64,000 nucleotides of DNA from Nocardioides sp. (lineage in GTDB: Bacteria > Actinomycetota > Actinomycetes > Propionibacteriales > Nocardioidaceae). Of the stretch, positions 1-13,750 are shown piece after piece. Position numbers and translations under genes: made by a program. How positions within the stretch are numbered: the first letter of the stretch is position 1; every line of letters starts with the position of its first letter. Under the pieces are notes generated by a model that was given only the letters and a program-made list of their open reading frames with translations, had not been told where the DNA came from and ran no database searches. The stretch covers positions 5,663 through 69,662 of the forward strand of contig DATMHR010000025.1 of NCBI GenBank assembly GCA_035554955.1, in the 5' to 3' direction.

Positions 1-1344
1 CGCCGAGGTGAACACCGCCCACTTGCCGACGAACCCCGCCGTGAGCGGGATGCCGGCCATGGAGAGCAGGAAGAACGCGAACGAGCCCGCGACGATCGGC
101 GCGCGCTTGCCGAGCCCGGCCCAGCGGACGTAGCCGGTCGCCTCGCCGCCGGCGTCGCGGACCAGCGTCACCAGCGCGAAGGCGCCGATCATCGCGAAGC
201 CGTAGGTCGTGAGGTAGAACAGCACGCCCTCGAGCGAGCTGTACTGACCGTCGGCCAGGTCGCCGGCGCTCTGCACGCCGAGCACACCGGTGAGCAGGAA
301 GCCGGTGTGGGCGACCGACGAGTAGGCGAGCATCCGCTTGACGTCGGTCTGCACGACGGCCAGCACCGAGCCGAGCACCATGCTGCCGATCGCGACGACC
401 CACAGCATCGGCTGCCAGCTCCAGCGCTCGGCACCGAACGCGACGTACAGCAGGCGGACCAGCGCGCCGAACGCGGCGACCTTGGTGCCGGCCGCCATGA
501 ACGCGGTGACCGCGGTCGGGGCGCCCTGGTAGACGTCGGGGGTCCAGGCCTGGAACGGCGCGGCGCCGACCTTGAACAGCAGGCCGACCGAGAGCAGCGC
601 GATGCCGGCGAGGAGCAGTGCGCGCTCGCCGCCGCCCGCACGGACCGCGTCGTTGATCCCGGTGAAGGACATCGAGCCGGCGTAGCCGTAGATGAGCGCG
701 GCGCCGTAGAGGAAGAACCCGGAGGCGAACGCGCCGAGGAGGAAGTACTTGAGCGCCGCCTCCTGGCTCAGCAGGCGCCGGCGCCGGGCCAGGCCACAGA
801 GCAGGTAGAGCGGGAGCGAGAGCACCTCGAGGGCGACGAACAGCGTGAGCAGGTCGCCGGAGGCCGGGAAGAGCAGCATGCCCCCGACCGCGAACAGCAG
901 CAGCGGGTAGACCTCGGTGTGGTCGAGACCGCGGGTGGACGCCTCACGCTCGGCCTCCGAGCCCGGCAGCGCGGCGGCCTGCCCGGCGAACGAGGAGACC
1001 CCGCCCTCGAGCCGGCGCTCGGAGAACAGCGCCGTGCCGGCCAGGGCGAACAGCAGGATCAGGCCCCACAGGTAGATCGACGGGCCGTCGACCACCACGC
1101 TGCCCTCGGCGGCGAGCTCACCGCGCGCCGCACCGTCGGCATGCTCGCCGAGGTCGGTGGCGAGCCAGATCGTCGCGCCGAGCGCGCTGAGCACCGTGAG
1201 CAGGGTGACGACGACCTGCGGCACGTGCCGGCGGCCGCGCGGGAGGAACGCCTCGACGAGCACACCCACGCAGGCACCGCCGAAGACGATGAGGAGCGGC
1301 AGCAGGTCGAGGTACTCGATCGACGGCTTGGAGAACTCGGACAT
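1..1344 (-). CDS. nuoN: NADH-quinone oxidoreductase subunit N (3' end outside window)
   Basis: Starts MSEFSKPSIEY with the ATG overlapping the nuoM stop; contains FKVGAAPFQAWTPDVYQGAP and KRMLAYSSVAH motifs. Confidence 0.95.
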   Translation of the reverse strand, partial: MSEFSKPSIEYLDLLPLLIVFGGACVGVLVEAFLPRGRRHVPQVVVTLLTVLSALGATIWLATDLGEHADGAARGELAAEGSVVVDGPSIYLWGLILLFALAGTALFSERRLEGGVSSFAGQAAALPGSEAEREASTRGLDHTEVYPLLLFAVGGMLLFPASGDLLTLFVALEVLSLPLYLLCGLARRRRLLSQEAALKYFLLGAFASGFFLYGAALIYGYAGSMSFTGINDAVRAGGGERALLLAGIALLSVGLLFKVGAAPFQAWTPDVYQGAPTAVTAFMAAGTKVAAFGALVRLLYVAFGAERWSWQPMLWVVAIGSMVLGSVLAVVQTDVKRMLAYSSVAHTGFLLTGVLGVQSAGDLADGQYSSLEGVLFYLTTYGFAMIGAFALVTLVRDAGGEATGYVRWAGLGKRAPIVAGSFAFFLLSMAGIPLTAGFVGKWAVFTSA

Positions 1345-2849
1345 CAGTTGTCCTCCTCGGCAGCGGTGGTGGGCACGGTCGGTCCGTCGTCCGGTGCACC
1401 GACGTGGGCGAGCAGGCCGTGGACCATCGGGTCCGCGGCGTCGAGCAGCGGTGCGGGGTAGAACCCGAAGAAGACCAGGGCGGCGACGATCGGCGCGACC
1501 GCGGCGATCTCGCGCAGCCCGAGGTCGCGGGTGCCCTCGAACGGCGCGCGGGACGGGCCGGTCATGGTGCGCTGGTACATCCAGAGCACGTAGATCGCGG
1601 CGAGCACGATGCCGGTGACGGCGATCGCGCCGACGTACCACGCGTAGTCGAAGGCCGATGCCAGCACGAGGAACTCCGACACGAACGGGCTCAGGCCGGG
1701 GAGGCCGAGCGTCGCGAGCCCGGCGACGAGGAACAGCCCGGCGAGCACCGGGGTGACCTTCTCGATGCCGCCCATCTCGCTGATCCGGGTCGTGCCGCTG
1801 CGGTGGAACATGTAGCCGGCGACCAGGAACAGGATGGCCGTGCCGAGGCCGTGGTTGACCATGTAGAGCACGGCGCCGGTGCCGCCCTGCGGCGTGAGCA
1901 CGAAGATCCCGAGCGTGATGAAGCCGAAGTGGCTGAGGGACGTGAGGCCGATCAGGCGCAGGATGTCGTCCTGGCCGATGGCCAGGAACGCGCCGTAGAC
2001 GATCGAGATCAGTGCCAGGGTGACGACGAGCGGCGTGGCCCACTGCGAGGCCTCCGGGAAGATCCCGAGGCAGAAGCGCAGCATCCCGAAGGTGCCGATC
2101 TTGTCGAGCACGCAGACCAGGAGCACCGAGGTGCCGGGGGTGGCCTTCTCGGTGGTGTCCGCGAGCCAGGTGTGCAGCGGGAAGATCGGCGCCTTCACCG
2201 CGAACGCGAACAGGAACCCGAGGAACAGCCACCGGCCCGCGTCGGTGCCGATGTCGAGCGACATCAGGTCCGACAGGAGGTACGACGGCGTGCCCTGCGA
2301 GGCCGAGACGACGTAGAGGCCGATGACCGAGGCGAGCAGCACCAGGCCGCCGGCGAGCTGGAACATCAGGAACTTCAGCGCGGCGGCGCCCCGGCCGTGC
2401 CGGCCGAAGCCGCCGACGAGGAAGTAGGCCGGGATCAGGGTGGCCTCGAAGACGACGTAGAAGAGGAACACGTCGGTGGCGCAGAAGACGGCCAGCGAGA
2501 GCGCCTCGAGCGCGAGCGTCCAGGCGACGAACGCGCGCGGCGACGTGGCCGTCTGCGGCGACGACCACTCGGCGACGAGGACGAGCGGCACGAGCAGGAC
2601 GGTGAGCAGGACCATCAGCAGACCGAGCCCGTCGAGGCCGAGCGCGAAGTGCACGCCGAAGGCCTTCATCCAGGTCCAGTCCTCGGTGAACTGCATGCCC
2701 TGGTCGGGCTCGAACCGTACGGCGGCCACGGCACCCACGACGAGCGTCGCGGCCGCGACGCCGAGGCCGAGCATCTTGCTGAGGTCCTTGGGAAGCGCGG
2801 CGACCGCGATCGCGCCGACGAGCGGCAGCAGGAGCAGAGTGAGCAGCAT
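1344..2849 (-). CDS. nuoM: NADH-quinone oxidoreductase subunit M
   Basis: C-terminal part of ORF 1344..4520 from MLLTLLLLP; motifs FYVVFEATLIP and AFAVKAPIFPLHTWL. Confidence 0.95.
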   Translation of the reverse strand: MLLTLLLLPLVGAIAVAALPKDLSKMLGLGVAAATLVVGAVAAVRFEPDQGMQFTEDWTWMKAFGVHFALGLDGLGLLMVLLTVLLVPLVLVAEWSSPQTATSPRAFVAWTLALEALSLAVFCATDVFLFYVVFEATLIPAYFLVGGFGRHGRGAAALKFLMFQLAGGLVLLASVIGLYVVSASQGTPSYLLSDLMSLDIGTDAGRWLFLGFLFAFAVKAPIFPLHTWLADTTEKATPGTSVLLVCVLDKIGTFGMLRFCLGIFPEASQWATPLVVTLALISIVYGAFLAIGQDDILRLIGLTSLSHFGFITLGIFVLTPQGGTGAVLYMVNHGLGTAILFLVAGYMFHRSGTTRISEMGGIEKVTPVLAGLFLVAGLATLGLPGLSPFVSEFLVLASAFDYAWYVGAIAVTGIVLAAIYVLWMYQRTMTGPSRAPFEGTRDLGLREIAAVAPIVAALVFFGFYPAPLLDAADPMVHGLLAHVGAPDDGPTVPTTAAEEDN

Positions 2850-4762
2850 CAGACGTTGACCACCACGAGCGTCAGGACCAGCAGCAGCGCGCCGCCGAGC
2901 AGGGACAGGGCGTAGGAGCGGACATAGCCGGTCTGGAGGCGTCGCAGTCCCTGCGCCGCGCCCCGGACCACGACCCCGCCGCCGGTGAACGTGCCGTCGA
3001 CGACGTGGGTGTCGGTGGCGACCAGCCCGTGGGTGACGTGGCGACCGGGGTTGACCACCAGCGCGTCGTTGATCGCGTCGCCGTAGAGGTCGTTGCGCGC
3101 CGCGCGGGTGACGAAGGAGACCTTGGTCGGTGCCTCCCGCGGCACGTCCCGGCTGCCGACGAAGAACCACGCGAGCGCTGCGCCGACCGCCACGACGGCC
3201 ACCGCGAGCAACGAGATCACGATCGCCGGGAGCGGCGGCTCCTCGTGCGCGACGTGCCCGGTCACCGGGCTCAGCCAGTCGACGATCCAGTCGCCGAGCA
3301 GCATCACGCCGCCGAGCACCGAGAGCGCGGCGAGCACGACCAGCGGGATGGTCATCACCGCGGGCGACTCGTGCGGGTGCACGCCGTCCGCCCAGCGCTT
3401 CTTGGTGAAGAAGGTCAGGAACATCATCCGGGTCATGTAGAAGCCGGTGATGCCGGCGCCCAGGAGCGCACAGACCCCGACGATCGGGCGCTCGGTGAGC
3501 GCGACCTCGATGATCTTGTCCTTGGACCAGAAGCCGGAGAAGCCGGGGAAGCCGATGATCGCGAGGTAGCCCATCGCGAAGGTGAGGAACGTGACCGGCA
3601 GCATCTTCTGCAGTGCGCCGTAGTGCCGCATGTCGACGTCGTCGTCCATCGCGTGCATCACCGAGCCGGCGCCGAGGAACATGTTGGCCTTGAAGAAGCC
3701 GTGGGTCAGCAGGTGGAAGATCGCGAACGCGTAGCCGGCGACGCCGAGGCCCGCGCCGAGCATCATGTAGCCGATCTGGCTCATCGTGGACCCGGCGAGG
3801 CCCTTCTTGATGTCGTCCTTCGCGCATCCGATGATCGCGCCCCACAGCAGGGTGACGGTCGCGACGATGACCACGGCGGTCTGCGCCGTGGGCGCGAGCT
3901 CGAACACGAAGTTGGAGCGCACGATCAGGTAGACGCCGGCGGTCACCATCGTCGCGGCGTGGATCAGGGCCGACACCGGCGTCGGGCCCTCCATCGCGTC
4001 CAGCAGCCAGGACTGCAGCGGCACCTGGGCCGACTTGCCGCACGCGCCGACGAGGAGCAGCACGCCGATCCAGTTGAGCGTCGTCTGCGACGCTTCGGGG
4101 GCCGCGGCGCTGATCACCGTGAAGCTGGTCGTGCCGAACGTGACGATGAGCAGGAAGATCCCCAGCGACATGCCCATGTCGCCGACCCGGTTGATCACGA
4201 ACGCCTTGATGGCGGCGGAGGCCGCGCTCGGCTTGTGCTGCCAGAACCCGATCAGGAGGTACGACGCGAGGCCGACGCCCTCCCAGCCCAGGAAGAGGCC
4301 CACGTAATTCTCCGAGAGGACCAGCATCAGCATGGCCGCGACGAAGAGGTTGAGGTAGGCGAAGAACCGGGGGCGGCGGTCGTCGTGCGCCATGTAGCCC
4401 ACCGAGTAGAGGTGGATCAGGGAGCCGACACCGGTGATCAGCAGCAGGAAAAGCGCGGACAGCGGGTCGTAGAGCAGGTCCATCCCGATGTGCAGGTCGC
4501 CGGCGTAGATCCAGTTCCACAGGTGCTGGGCGACCTGGCGGTCGCCCTCGTCGCGGCCGAGCGCGGTCAGGAACATGATCAGGCTCAGCACGAACGACCC
4601 GGAGATCGTCGCGACGCCGAGCCAGTGCGCGAAGGGCTTGCTCCGCCGGTCGCCGAGCAGCAGCAGGACGGCCGCACCGGCCGCCGGCAGGGCGATCACC
4701 AGCCAGAGCAGGCTGAAGACCCCGTCGACGTCGCCGGGGTGGACCACGGGAACCTCGTGCAT
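2849..4762 (-). CDS. nuoL: NADH-quinone oxidoreductase subunit L
   Basis: [32 protein letters not shown] motif. Confidence 0.97.
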   Translation of the reverse strand: MHEVPVVHPGDVDGVFSLLWLVIALPAAGAAVLLLLGDRRSKPFAHWLGVATISGSFVLSLIMFLTALGRDEGDRQVAQHLWNWIYAGDLHIGMDLLYDPLSALFLLLITGVGSLIHLYSVGYMAHDDRRPRFFAYLNLFVAAMLMLVLSENYVGLFLGWEGVGLASYLLIGFWQHKPSAASAAIKAFVINRVGDMGMSLGIFLLIVTFGTTSFTVISAAAPEASQTTLNWIGVLLLVGACGKSAQVPLQSWLLDAMEGPTPVSALIHAATMVTAGVYLIVRSNFVFELAPTAQTAVVIVATVTLLWGAIIGCAKDDIKKGLAGSTMSQIGYMMLGAGLGVAGYAFAIFHLLTHGFFKANMFLGAGSVMHAMDDDVDMRHYGALQKMLPVTFLTFAMGYLAIIGFPGFSGFWSKDKIIEVALTERPIVGVCALLGAGITGFYMTRMMFLTFFTKKRWADGVHPHESPAVMTIPLVVLAALSVLGGVMLLGDWIVDWLSPVTGHVAHEEPPLPAIVISLLAVAVVAVGAALAWFFVGSRDVPREAPTKVSFVTRAARNDLYGDAINDALVVNPGRHVTHGLVATDTHVVDGTFTGGGVVVRGAAQGLRRLQTGYVRSYALSLLGGALLLVLTLVVVNV

Positions 4763-4773
4763 CGCTCGCTACC

Positions 4774-5067
4774 TCAGAACTTCAGCAGGCTGGCGTCGTC
4801 GACCGAGGCCGAGCGACGGGTCCGGAAGATGGTCATGATGATCGCGAGGCCCACCACGACCTCGGCGGCGGCGACGACCATCACGAAGAAGGCCGCGACC
4901 TGCCCGTCGAGGTTGCCGTTCTGCTTGGCGAACGTCACGAACGCGAGGTTGCAGGCGTTGAGCATCAGCTCGACGCACATGAACACCACGATCGCGTTGC
5001 GCCGGGTCAGCACTCCCACCGACCCGATCGTGAACAGGATCGCGCTGAGGACGACGTACTCGGTCAC
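4774..5067 (-). CDS. nuoK: NADH-quinone oxidoreductase subunit K
   Basis: GTG start overlapping the nuoJ stop; [17 protein letters not shown]...[11 protein letters not shown]. Confidence 0.95.
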   Translation of the reverse strand: MTEYVVLSAILFTIGSVGVLTRRNAIVVFMCVELMLNACNLAFVTFAKQNGNLDGQVAAFFVMVVAAAEVVVGLAIIMTIFRTRRSASVDDASLLKF

Positions 5068-5882
5068 TTCACGTCCTCCTCGCTCGAGGCGGTGGCGGCG
5101 TCCTTGCCGCCGGTCTCCGGCATCCGGTCGGGGTGCTGGTCCATCCGCGCGGTCAGCTCCTCCACGTCGTCGGCCAGCGTCGTCGCGGACCGCATGTCGC
5201 CACGGGCGGCCAGGACCCGGGAGACCGACGCCGGCGCAGGGCTGCCGTCCGGCAGCAGAGCCGGCGTGTCGACCGCGTTGTGACGGGCGTAGACGCCGGG
5301 TGGCGGCAGCGGGCCGAGGTGCACGCCCTTCTCCGCGAAGTCGCGCACGCGCCGTGCGGCGATGACGGCCTGGGTCTCCTTGGGCGCGAGCCGCTCCCGG
5401 TGGGCCAGCACCATGGCGCCGACCGCGGCCGTGATCAGCAGGGCGCTGGTGGTCTCGAAGGCGAACACGTAGCGGGAGAACAGCAGGTTGGCCAGGGCCT
5501 GGACGTTGCCGCCCTGGTTGGCCTCCTCGAGCCCCGCCGCGCTGCCCAGGGTCAGCTGGGTGAGCCCGACGAGCAGCACGACCGCGAACGTCAGCCCTGC
5601 CGCCCAGGCCAGGAAGCGCTGGCCGCGGATGGTCTCGACCAGGGAGTCCGAGGCGTCGACACCCACCAGCATCAGCACGAACAGGAACAGCATCAGGATC
5701 GCGCCGGTGTAGACGATGATCTGCACGGCGAACAGGAACGGCGCGTCGAGCACGGCGTAGAGGATCGCGAGGCTGATCATCACGACCGCGAGCAGGAGCG
5801 CGGCGTGCACGGCCTTGCGGACGAACAGGATGCCGAGCGCGGCGGCGACCATGATCGGCGCCAGGATCCAGAACGCGATCAT
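5064..5882 (-). CDS. nuoJ: NADH-quinone oxidoreductase subunit J
   Basis: [21 protein letters not shown] motif; operon position. Confidence 0.95.
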   Translation of the reverse strand: MIAFWILAPIMVAAALGILFVRKAVHAALLLAVVMISLAILYAVLDAPFLFAVQIIVYTGAILMLFLFVLMLVGVDASDSLVETIRGQRFLAWAAGLTFAVVLLVGLTQLTLGSAAGLEEANQGGNVQALANLLFSRYVFAFETTSALLITAAVGAMVLAHRERLAPKETQAVIAARRVRDFAEKGVHLGPLPPPGVYARHNAVDTPALLPDGSPAPASVSRVLAARGDMRSATTLADDVEELTARMDQHPDRMPETGGKDAATASSEEDVK

Positions 5883-6520
5883 TCCTGTCCCTCCGTCGAC
5901 GGTGCGGCCGCGGCGCGGGACGCCTCGGGACGGTCGCTCGCGTCGACCGGCGTCGCGGCGTACTCGCCGCGGTAGTAGGCCTTCTCGTCACCGAGCAGCT
6001 GCGGGTGCGGCGGCTGCTCCATGCCCGGCAGCAGCGGCGCGAGCAGGTCGGACTTCTCGTAGATCAGGTCCGCCCGGTTGTCGTCGGCGAGCTCGTACTC
6101 GTTGGTCATCGTCAGCGCTCGGGTGGGGCACGCCTCGATGCACAGGCCGCAGAGGATGCAGCGCAGGTAGTTGATCTGGTAGACGCGGCCGTAACGCTCG
6201 CCGGCGCTGTAGCGCTGCGACGCGACCGGGTTGCCGTTCTCGTCCACCTCGCCCGCGCTGTCGACGTTCTCGGCGCCCTCGACGTAGATCGCGTCGGCCG
6301 GGCAGGCCCAGGCGCACAGCTCGCAGCCGACGCACTTCTCCAGCCCGTCGGGCCACCGGTTGAGCTGGTGGCGGCCGTGGAAGCGCGGCGCGGTCGGGAA
6401 CTTCTCCTTGGGGTACTGCTCGGTGACGACCTTGCGGAACATCGTCCGGAACGTGACGCCGAAGCCGGCGACCGGGTCCCAGAACTGCTCCTTGAGGGAC
6501 GGCGTCGACTGCTCAGCCAT
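5879..6520 (-). CDS. nuoI: NADH-quinone oxidoreductase subunit I
   Basis: Two 4Fe-4S motifs, [12 protein letters not shown] and [12 protein letters not shown]. Confidence 0.96.
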   Translation of the reverse strand: MAEQSTPSLKEQFWDPVAGFGVTFRTMFRKVVTEQYPKEKFPTAPRFHGRHQLNRWPDGLEKCVGCELCAWACPADAIYVEGAENVDSAGEVDENGNPVASQRYSAGERYGRVYQINYLRCILCGLCIEACPTRALTMTNEYELADDNRADLIYEKSDLLAPLLPGMEQPPHPQLLGDEKAYYRGEYAATPVDASDRPEASRAAAAPSTEGQE

Positions 6521-7814
6521 GCGTGGTCTCCTCACTCGACGCGCGGATGGGGCCGGTGGAGCCGAACACCAGCGGAGCGGCGGCGCCGCGCACCGCGCCT
6601 CCGGCCGGCATCGGCGGGACCGGGAAGCCGCCGGTCCGCGGCTCGGCCTCGGCGGTGGCCGTCTCCTTGCGCTCGGGCAGCAGGAACGTCGCCGCCAGCA
6701 CGACGACGAAGATGCCGACCAGGATCGCGAGGGTGCGCGGCTCCTGCAGGTGCTCCTGGTCGAGCCACCCGTCGTTGCGGGCCAGCCGCATGCACGCGAC
6801 CGCGACCGTCCAGACCAGCGCCAGCGGGATCAGCCGCTTCCAGCCGAACGCCATGAACTGGTCGTAGCGCAGCCGCGGCAGCGTCCCGCGCAGCCAGATG
6901 AAGAAGAAGATGAAGAACAGGACCTTGCCGAAGAACCAGAGCACCGGCCAGTAGCCGGAGTTGGCCCCCGCCCAGAACTCGTCGATCCAGAACGGCGCGT
7001 GCCAGCCGCCGAGGAACAGCGTCGTCGCGAGGGCGGAGACCGTCGCCATGTTGATGTACTCGGCGAGGAAGAAGAGGGCGAACTTCAGCGAGGAGTACTC
7101 GGTGTGGAAGCCGCCGACCAGCTCGCCCTCGGCCTCGGGGAGGTCGAAGGGCGCGCGGTTGGTCTCGCCGACCATCGCGATCGTGTAGATCACGAACGAC
7201 GGCAGCAGGATCAGGCCGAACCACAGCCGGTCCTGGGCCGCGACGATCTCGCTGGTCGACAGCGAGCCGGCGTAGAGGAACACCGAGACGAGCGCGAGGC
7301 CCATCGCGACCTCGTAGGAGATCATCTGCGCGCTCGAGCGCAGCCCGCCGAGGAGCGAGTACGTCGACCCGCTCGACCAGCCGGCCAGGACGATGCCGTA
7401 GATGCCGATCGAGGCGATGGCCATCACGAAGAGCACGGCGACCGGCATGTCGGTGAGCTGCAGCGGCGTGCGCTCCCCGAAGAAGTTCACCTCGGGCCCG
7501 AAGGGGATCACGCTGAAGGTGACGAACGCCGGCACCGCCGCGATCACCGGCGCCAGCAGGAAGACCACCTTGTCCGCGTGCTTCGGGATGAGGTCCTCCT
7601 TGAGCGCCAGCTTCACGCCGTCGGCCAGCGACTGCAGCAGGCCGAACGGCCCGTTGACGTTGGGGCCGATCCGGTGCTGCATGCGGGCCACGACCCGGCG
7701 CTCCCACCAGATGTTGAACAGCGTCAGCAGCACCAGGACCAGGAAGATCAGGACCGTCTTGATGCCGACGACCCACCACGGGTCGTGGCCGAACGCGTCG
7801 AGACCGGTGTTCAC
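6513..7814 (-). CDS. nuoH: NADH-quinone oxidoreductase subunit H
   Basis: [25 protein letters not shown] motif. Confidence 0.97.
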   Translation of the reverse strand: MNTGLDAFGHDPWWVVGIKTVLIFLVLVLLTLFNIWWERRVVARMQHRIGPNVNGPFGLLQSLADGVKLALKEDLIPKHADKVVFLLAPVIAAVPAFVTFSVIPFGPEVNFFGERTPLQLTDMPVAVLFVMAIASIGIYGIVLAGWSSGSTYSLLGGLRSSAQMISYEVAMGLALVSVFLYAGSLSTSEIVAAQDRLWFGLILLPSFVIYTIAMVGETNRAPFDLPEAEGELVGGFHTEYSSLKFALFFLAEYINMATVSALATTLFLGGWHAPFWIDEFWAGANSGYWPVLWFFGKVLFFIFFFIWLRGTLPRLRYDQFMAFGWKRLIPLALVWTVAVACMRLARNDGWLDQEHLQEPRTLAILVGIFVVVLAATFLLPERKETATAEAEPRTGGFPVPPMPAGGAVRGAAAPLVFGSTGPIRASSEETTHG

Positions 7815-10297
7815 GACTCACCTCCAGAGATCGTGACGGGGGCGCCGGGCGAGGCCAGGTCGCTGAGCACCCCGTTGCCGAACGAGTTGGCCGGGACCCA
7901 CACCACGCCGTCGACGAGGTCGTCGGCGACCTGCGCCGGCAGGGTGATCGAGCCGCGGTCGCCGGTCAGGGTGATCGTCGGGCCGTGCGCGTCGTACGTC
8001 GCCTGCGTGACGAGGGCGACCGGCGGCCGCGCGGTGGCCCGCAGGTACTTGTCGCCGTCCTGCATCCGGCCGTTGTCGACCGACTGCTTCCAGGTGGCGA
8101 GCCGGATCTCGATACGCCCCTGCTCGTCCCTCGCAGGGGCTACTCGATCACCGTCTGTGGTTGCTGGTCGAGTAGCCGCCGAGGAACGAGGCGGCGTATC
8201 GAGACCCGCGCGCTGTCCGTCCCAGGGGCCGAGCTGCTCCATCTCGGCGCGGGCCTCCTCGACGGTCCGGAAGCCCAGCGGCGCACCCATCTCCTCGGCG
8301 ATGCCGGCGAGCGAGCGCAGGTCAGGCAGCGAGGCCGGGTTGGCGAGCGCCCGCGCGAACGGCCGCGGGCGGCCCTCCCAGCTGACGAACATGCCGGCCT
8401 TGTCGGTGACCGGGGCGACCGGCAGCACCACGTCGGCGGCGCGGGTCACGTCGGTCTCGCGGAGGTCGAGCGCGACCACGAAGCCGGCCGCGTCGATCGC
8501 CGCGCGGGTGGCGGCGGGATCCGCGGTGTCGGCGGGGTCGACGCCGGCGACCACCAGGCCGCCGAGCTCGCCGGCCACCAGCGCGGCGACGATGGCGTCG
8601 CCGTCGCGGCCCTCGGTCGCGGGCAGGTCGGCGACGCCCCAGGCGGTGGCGACGTCGACCCGGGCCGCGGCGTCACCGACGGGGCGGCCGCCGGGCAGCA
8701 GGTTGGGCAGGCAGCCGGTCTCGACCGCACCGCGGTCGCCGGCGCGGCGCGGCACCCAGGCGAGCCGGGCGCCGGACTTCTGCGCGAGCTCGGCCGCGGC
8801 GCTGAGCGCGCCGGGGACCGTCGCGAGCCGCTCGCCCACGAGCACCACCGCGGTGCTGTCGACGCCGTACTCGGCCTGCTCGAGCAGGGAGCGGATCACT
8901 GCGGGCTCCTCGCCGGGCGCCGTCGGCACCAGGCGGCCGCGCAGCTTGTGCAGCCCGCGGGTGGTGTACGGCGCCAGCGCGATCACCTGCGTGCCGCCGG
9001 CCCGCACGGACTTGCGCAGCCGCAGCCACAGCGCGCCGGCCTCGTCCTCGGGCTCGAGCCCGACGAGCACGACCTTCGCGGCCGACTCCAGGTCGGCGTA
9101 GGTGACCCCGCCGTTGCCCGGCCCGGTGAGCACGACGTTGCTCGCGAGGAAGGCTGCCTCCTCGGCCGAGTGCGGACGCGCCCGGAAGTCGACGTCGTTG
9201 GTGCCGAGGGCGACCCGGGCGAACTTGGCGTAGGCGTAGGCGTCCTCGGCGATCAGCCGGCCGCCGGTGAGCACGCCCACCCCGCCGGCCTGCTTGGCCG
9301 CGGCCAGGCCGCGCGCCGCGACGGCGAAGGCCTCGGGCCACGAGGCCGGACGCAGGCTGCCGTCCTCGTCGCGCACCTGCGGGTAGGTCAGCCGGTCGTC
9401 ACCCTGCGCGTAGGCGAAGGCGAACCGGTCCTTGTCGGTGATCCACTCCTCGTTGACCTCGGGGTCGTTGCCGGCGAGCCGGCGCATCACCTTGCCGCGG
9501 CGGTGGTCGACGCGGATCGCGGAGCCGCAGGCGTCGTGCTCGGCGACGCCGGGGACCGAGACCAGGTCGAACGGCCGGGACCGGAACCGGTACTGCTCGG
9601 ACGTCAGCGCGCCGACCGGGCAGATCTGGATCACGTTGCCGGAGAAGTAGGACAGGAACGGCGCGTCCTCGGCGATGCCGATCTGCTGCTCCGCACCTCG
9701 CTCGACCAGCGCGATGAACGGGTCTCCGGCGATCTCGTCCGCGAAGCGGGTGCAGCGCTGGCAGACGATGCAGCGCTCCCGGTCGAGGAGCACGTTGGGC
9801 GAGAGGTTGATCGGCTTGGGGAAGGTGCGCTTCGCGCCGGGCGCGCCCGGCGTGGGGTTGTCGTCGCCGGAGAACCGGGACTCGCCACGGCCGTTGGACA
9901 TGGCCTGGTTCTGCAGCGGGCACTCGCCGCCCTTGTCGCAGACCGGGCAGTCGAGCGGGTGGTTGATCAGGAGGAACTCCATGATCCCCTGCTGCGCCTT
10001 GTCGGCGACCGGGCTGGTGACCTGGGTGTTGACGACCATGCCCTCGGCGACCGGGAGCGTGCAGGAGGCCTGCGGCTTGGGGAAGCCGCGGCCGTTGCCG
10101 GCGTCGGGGATGTCGACGAGGCACTGGCGGCACGCACCGACCGGCGCGAGCAGCGGGTGGTCGCAGAAGCGCGGGATCTGCACGCCGACCTGCTCGGCCG
10201 CCCGGATCACCAGCGTGTTCTTGGGGACGGCGACCTGGATGCCGTCGATCGTGACGTTGACCAGGTCGGCCTGCGCGACGGTCTTGTCGGTCGTCAT
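7811..10297 (-). CDS. nuoG: NADH-quinone oxidoreductase subunit G
   Basis: Starts MTTDKTVAQ; motifs [34 protein letters not shown]. Confidence 0.96.
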   Translation of the reverse strand: MTTDKTVAQADLVNVTIDGIQVAVPKNTLVIRAAEQVGVQIPRFCDHPLLAPVGACRQCLVDIPDAGNGRGFPKPQASCTLPVAEGMVVNTQVTSPVADKAQQGIMEFLLINHPLDCPVCDKGGECPLQNQAMSNGRGESRFSGDDNPTPGAPGAKRTFPKPINLSPNVLLDRERCIVCQRCTRFADEIAGDPFIALVERGAEQQIGIAEDAPFLSYFSGNVIQICPVGALTSEQYRFRSRPFDLVSVPGVAEHDACGSAIRVDHRRGKVMRRLAGNDPEVNEEWITDKDRFAFAYAQGDDRLTYPQVRDEDGSLRPASWPEAFAVAARGLAAAKQAGGVGVLTGGRLIAEDAYAYAKFARVALGTNDVDFRARPHSAEEAAFLASNVVLTGPGNGGVTYADLESAAKVVLVGLEPEDEAGALWLRLRKSVRAGGTQVIALAPYTTRGLHKLRGRLVPTAPGEEPAVIRSLLEQAEYGVDSTAVVLVGERLATVPGALSAAAELAQKSGARLAWVPRRAGDRGAVETGCLPNLLPGGRPVGDAAARVDVATAWGVADLPATEGRDGDAIVAALVAGELGGLVVAGVDPADTADPAATRAAIDAAGFVVALDLRETDVTRAADVVLPVAPVTDKAGMFVSWEGRPRPFARALANPASLPDLRSLAGIAEEMGAPLGFRTVEEARAEMEQLGPWDGQRAGLDTPPRSSAATRPATTDGDRVAPARDEQGRIEIRLATWKQSVDNGRMQDGDKYLRATARPPVALVTQATYDAHGPTITLTGDRGSITLPAQVADDLVDGVVWVPANSFGNGVLSDLASPGAPVTISGGES
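8104..8207. repeat. Inverted doublet of REP-like palindromic elements inside nuoG
   Basis: 8104-8153 (minus): GATCGAGTAG-CCCCTGC-GAGGGACGA-GCAGGGG-CGTATCGAGATCC; 8164-8207 (plus): GGTCGAGTAG-CCGCC-GAGGAACGA-GGCGG-CGTATCGAGACC; same ends as the intergenic copy at 42709. Confidence 0.85.
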
Positions 10298-10299
10298 GG

Positions 10300-11610
10300 C
10301 TACGCCGTCACCTCCACGCCCGCCCAGGCGGTGCTGCGAGCCGGGTCGAAGGGGCACCCGCCGTGCGTCAGGTGGGCGAGGTACTCGTCGCGGAAGTACT
10401 GGATCGAGCTGGAGATCGGGCTGGTGGCACCGTCGCCCAGCGCGCAGAACGCGCGGCCGAGGATGTTGTCGCACTGGTCCAGCAGCACGTCGAGGTCGCC
10501 CTCGCTGCCCTCGCCGTTCTCGAGCCGGGTGAGGACCTGCGCCAGCCACCACGTGCCCTCGCGGCACGGCGTGCACTTGCCGCACGACTCGTGCTTGTAG
10601 AACTCCGTCCACCGCAGCACGGCGCGGACGACGCACACGGTGTCGTCGAAGATCTGCAGGGCGCGGGTGCCGAGCATCGACCCGGCCGCGCCGACCGCCT
10701 CGAAGTCGAGGGGTACGTCGAGGTGCTCGGGCGTGAGCAGCGGGGTGCTGGAGCCGCCCGGCGTCCAGAACTTCAGGTCGTGGCCCTCGCGGATGCCCCC
10801 GGCGAGGTCGATCAGCTCGCGCAGCGTGATGCCGAGCGGAGCCTCGTACTGGCCGGGCTTCTTGACGTGGCCGGACAGGGAGAAGATGCCGTAGCCCTTG
10901 GACTTCTCGGTGCCCATCGAGGCGAACCAGTCGGCCCCGTTGGCGACGATGCTCGGCACCGAGGAGATCGACTCGACGTTGTTGATCACCGTCGGGCTGG
11001 CGTAGAGGCCGGCGACCGCGGGGAACGGGGGGCGCAGCCGCGGCTGGCCGCGGCGTCCCTCGAGGCCCTCGAGCAGCGCCGTCTCCTCGCCGCAGATGTA
11101 GGCGCCGGCGCCGGCGTGCACGACGACGTCGAGGTCGAAGCCGGATCCGTGGATGTCCTTGCCGAGGTGTCCGGCCGCGTAGGCCTCGGCGACCGCCGCC
11201 TGCACACGGCGGATGACGTGGAGCACCTCGCCGCGGATGTAGATGAACGCCTTGTTGGCGCGGATGGCGTAGGAGCTGATGATCACGCCCTCCACGAGCA
11301 CGTGGGGGTTGGCCATCATCAGCGGGATGTCCTTGCACGTGCCCGGCTCGGACTCGTCGGCGTTGACCACCAGGTACTTGGGCCGCGGGTTGTCCTGCGG
11401 GATGAACGACCACTTCATCCCGGTCGGGAAGCCCGCACCGCCGCGACCGCGCAGGCCGGAGTCCTTCACGGCGGCGATCACGTCGTCGGGGCTCATCGCG
11501 AACGCCTTGTCGAGCGCGGCGTAGCCGCCCTTCGACTCGTACGCCGCGCGCGTCCACGACCGCTCGACGTCCCACATGTCCGTGAGGACCGGCGTCAGTG
11601 TGTCGGTCAC
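10300..11610 (-). CDS. nuoF: NADH-quinone oxidoreductase subunit F
   Basis: Motifs [50 protein letters not shown]. Confidence 0.97.
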   Translation of the reverse strand: MTDTLTPVLTDMWDVERSWTRAAYESKGGYAALDKAFAMSPDDVIAAVKDSGLRGRGGAGFPTGMKWSFIPQDNPRPKYLVVNADESEPGTCKDIPLMMANPHVLVEGVIISSYAIRANKAFIYIRGEVLHVIRRVQAAVAEAYAAGHLGKDIHGSGFDLDVVVHAGAGAYICGEETALLEGLEGRRGQPRLRPPFPAVAGLYASPTVINNVESISSVPSIVANGADWFASMGTEKSKGYGIFSLSGHVKKPGQYEAPLGITLRELIDLAGGIREGHDLKFWTPGGSSTPLLTPEHLDVPLDFEAVGAAGSMLGTRALQIFDDTVCVVRAVLRWTEFYKHESCGKCTPCREGTWWLAQVLTRLENGEGSEGDLDVLLDQCDNILGRAFCALGDGATSPISSSIQYFRDEYLAHLTHGGCPFDPARSTAWAGVEVTA

Positions 11611-12406
11611 TGGGCCTCCTTCTTCTCGGCCGCGGCCTCGGTGGAGCCGGAGCCCTCCTCGACCGTCTCGGAGCCGGCCCGCTGCGTGTCGGCCTGGGCG
11701 ACCGCGTCCTCCTTGGAGGCGCCGGCGCCGACGGCTGCCGGTCCGCGGGCGCCCTCGGGTGCGGTCCAGCCGCGCTCGCGCGCGATCTCGAGGCCGGCAA
11801 GGCTGGCCGGGCCGGCCGCGGGGCCGTCGTCGACCCGGTCGTCCGGGAAGCCCGCGAGCACCCGCTCGGCCTCGCGCCAGGTGCACAGGCGCGGGCCGCG
11901 CGTGGAGCGGACCTCGTGCCCGGCGCGGAGCGACTCGACCATCTGCACCGCGGAGTCCGGGGTCTGGTTGTCCATGAACTCCCAGTTGACCATCACGACC
12001 GGTGCGTAGTCGCACGCCGCGTTGCACTCGACGTGCTCGAGGCTCACCGAGTACTGGTCGCCCTGCCGCTGCTCGGCCCGCTCGTCGTTGCCGACGCCGA
12101 GGTGCTCCTTGAGCCGCGCGAAGATGGCGTCGCCGCCCATCACCGCGCAGAGGGTGTTGGTGCAGACGCCGACGTGGAAGTCGCCGACGGCGTGGCGCTT
12201 GTACATCGTGTAGAACGTGGCGACGCCGCTGACGTCGGCCGGGCTGATGTCGAGGATCTCGGCGCACGCCTCGATCGCCTCGGGGGTCACCCGACCCTGC
12301 ACCGACTGCGTCAGGTGCAGCATCGGCAGCAGGCCCGAGCGCTTCTCGGGGTAGCGGTCCGCGATCTCGCGCAGCTCCGCGAGCGTCTTGTCGTCGAGGG
12401 CGCTGG

Positions 12407-12410
<4 letters not shown>
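11607..12410 (-). CDS. nuoE: NADH-quinone oxidoreductase subunit E
   Basis: 2Fe-2S ligands in VCTNTLC...[10 protein letters not shown]. Confidence 0.95.

Positions 12411-13746
<1,336 letters not shown>

Positions 13747-13750
<4 letters not shown>

Noticed and set aside
6360-10600. Long + strand ORFs antisense to nuo genes, and similar ORFs across the window
   Set aside because: Shadow ORFs expected at high GC; no recognisable motifs
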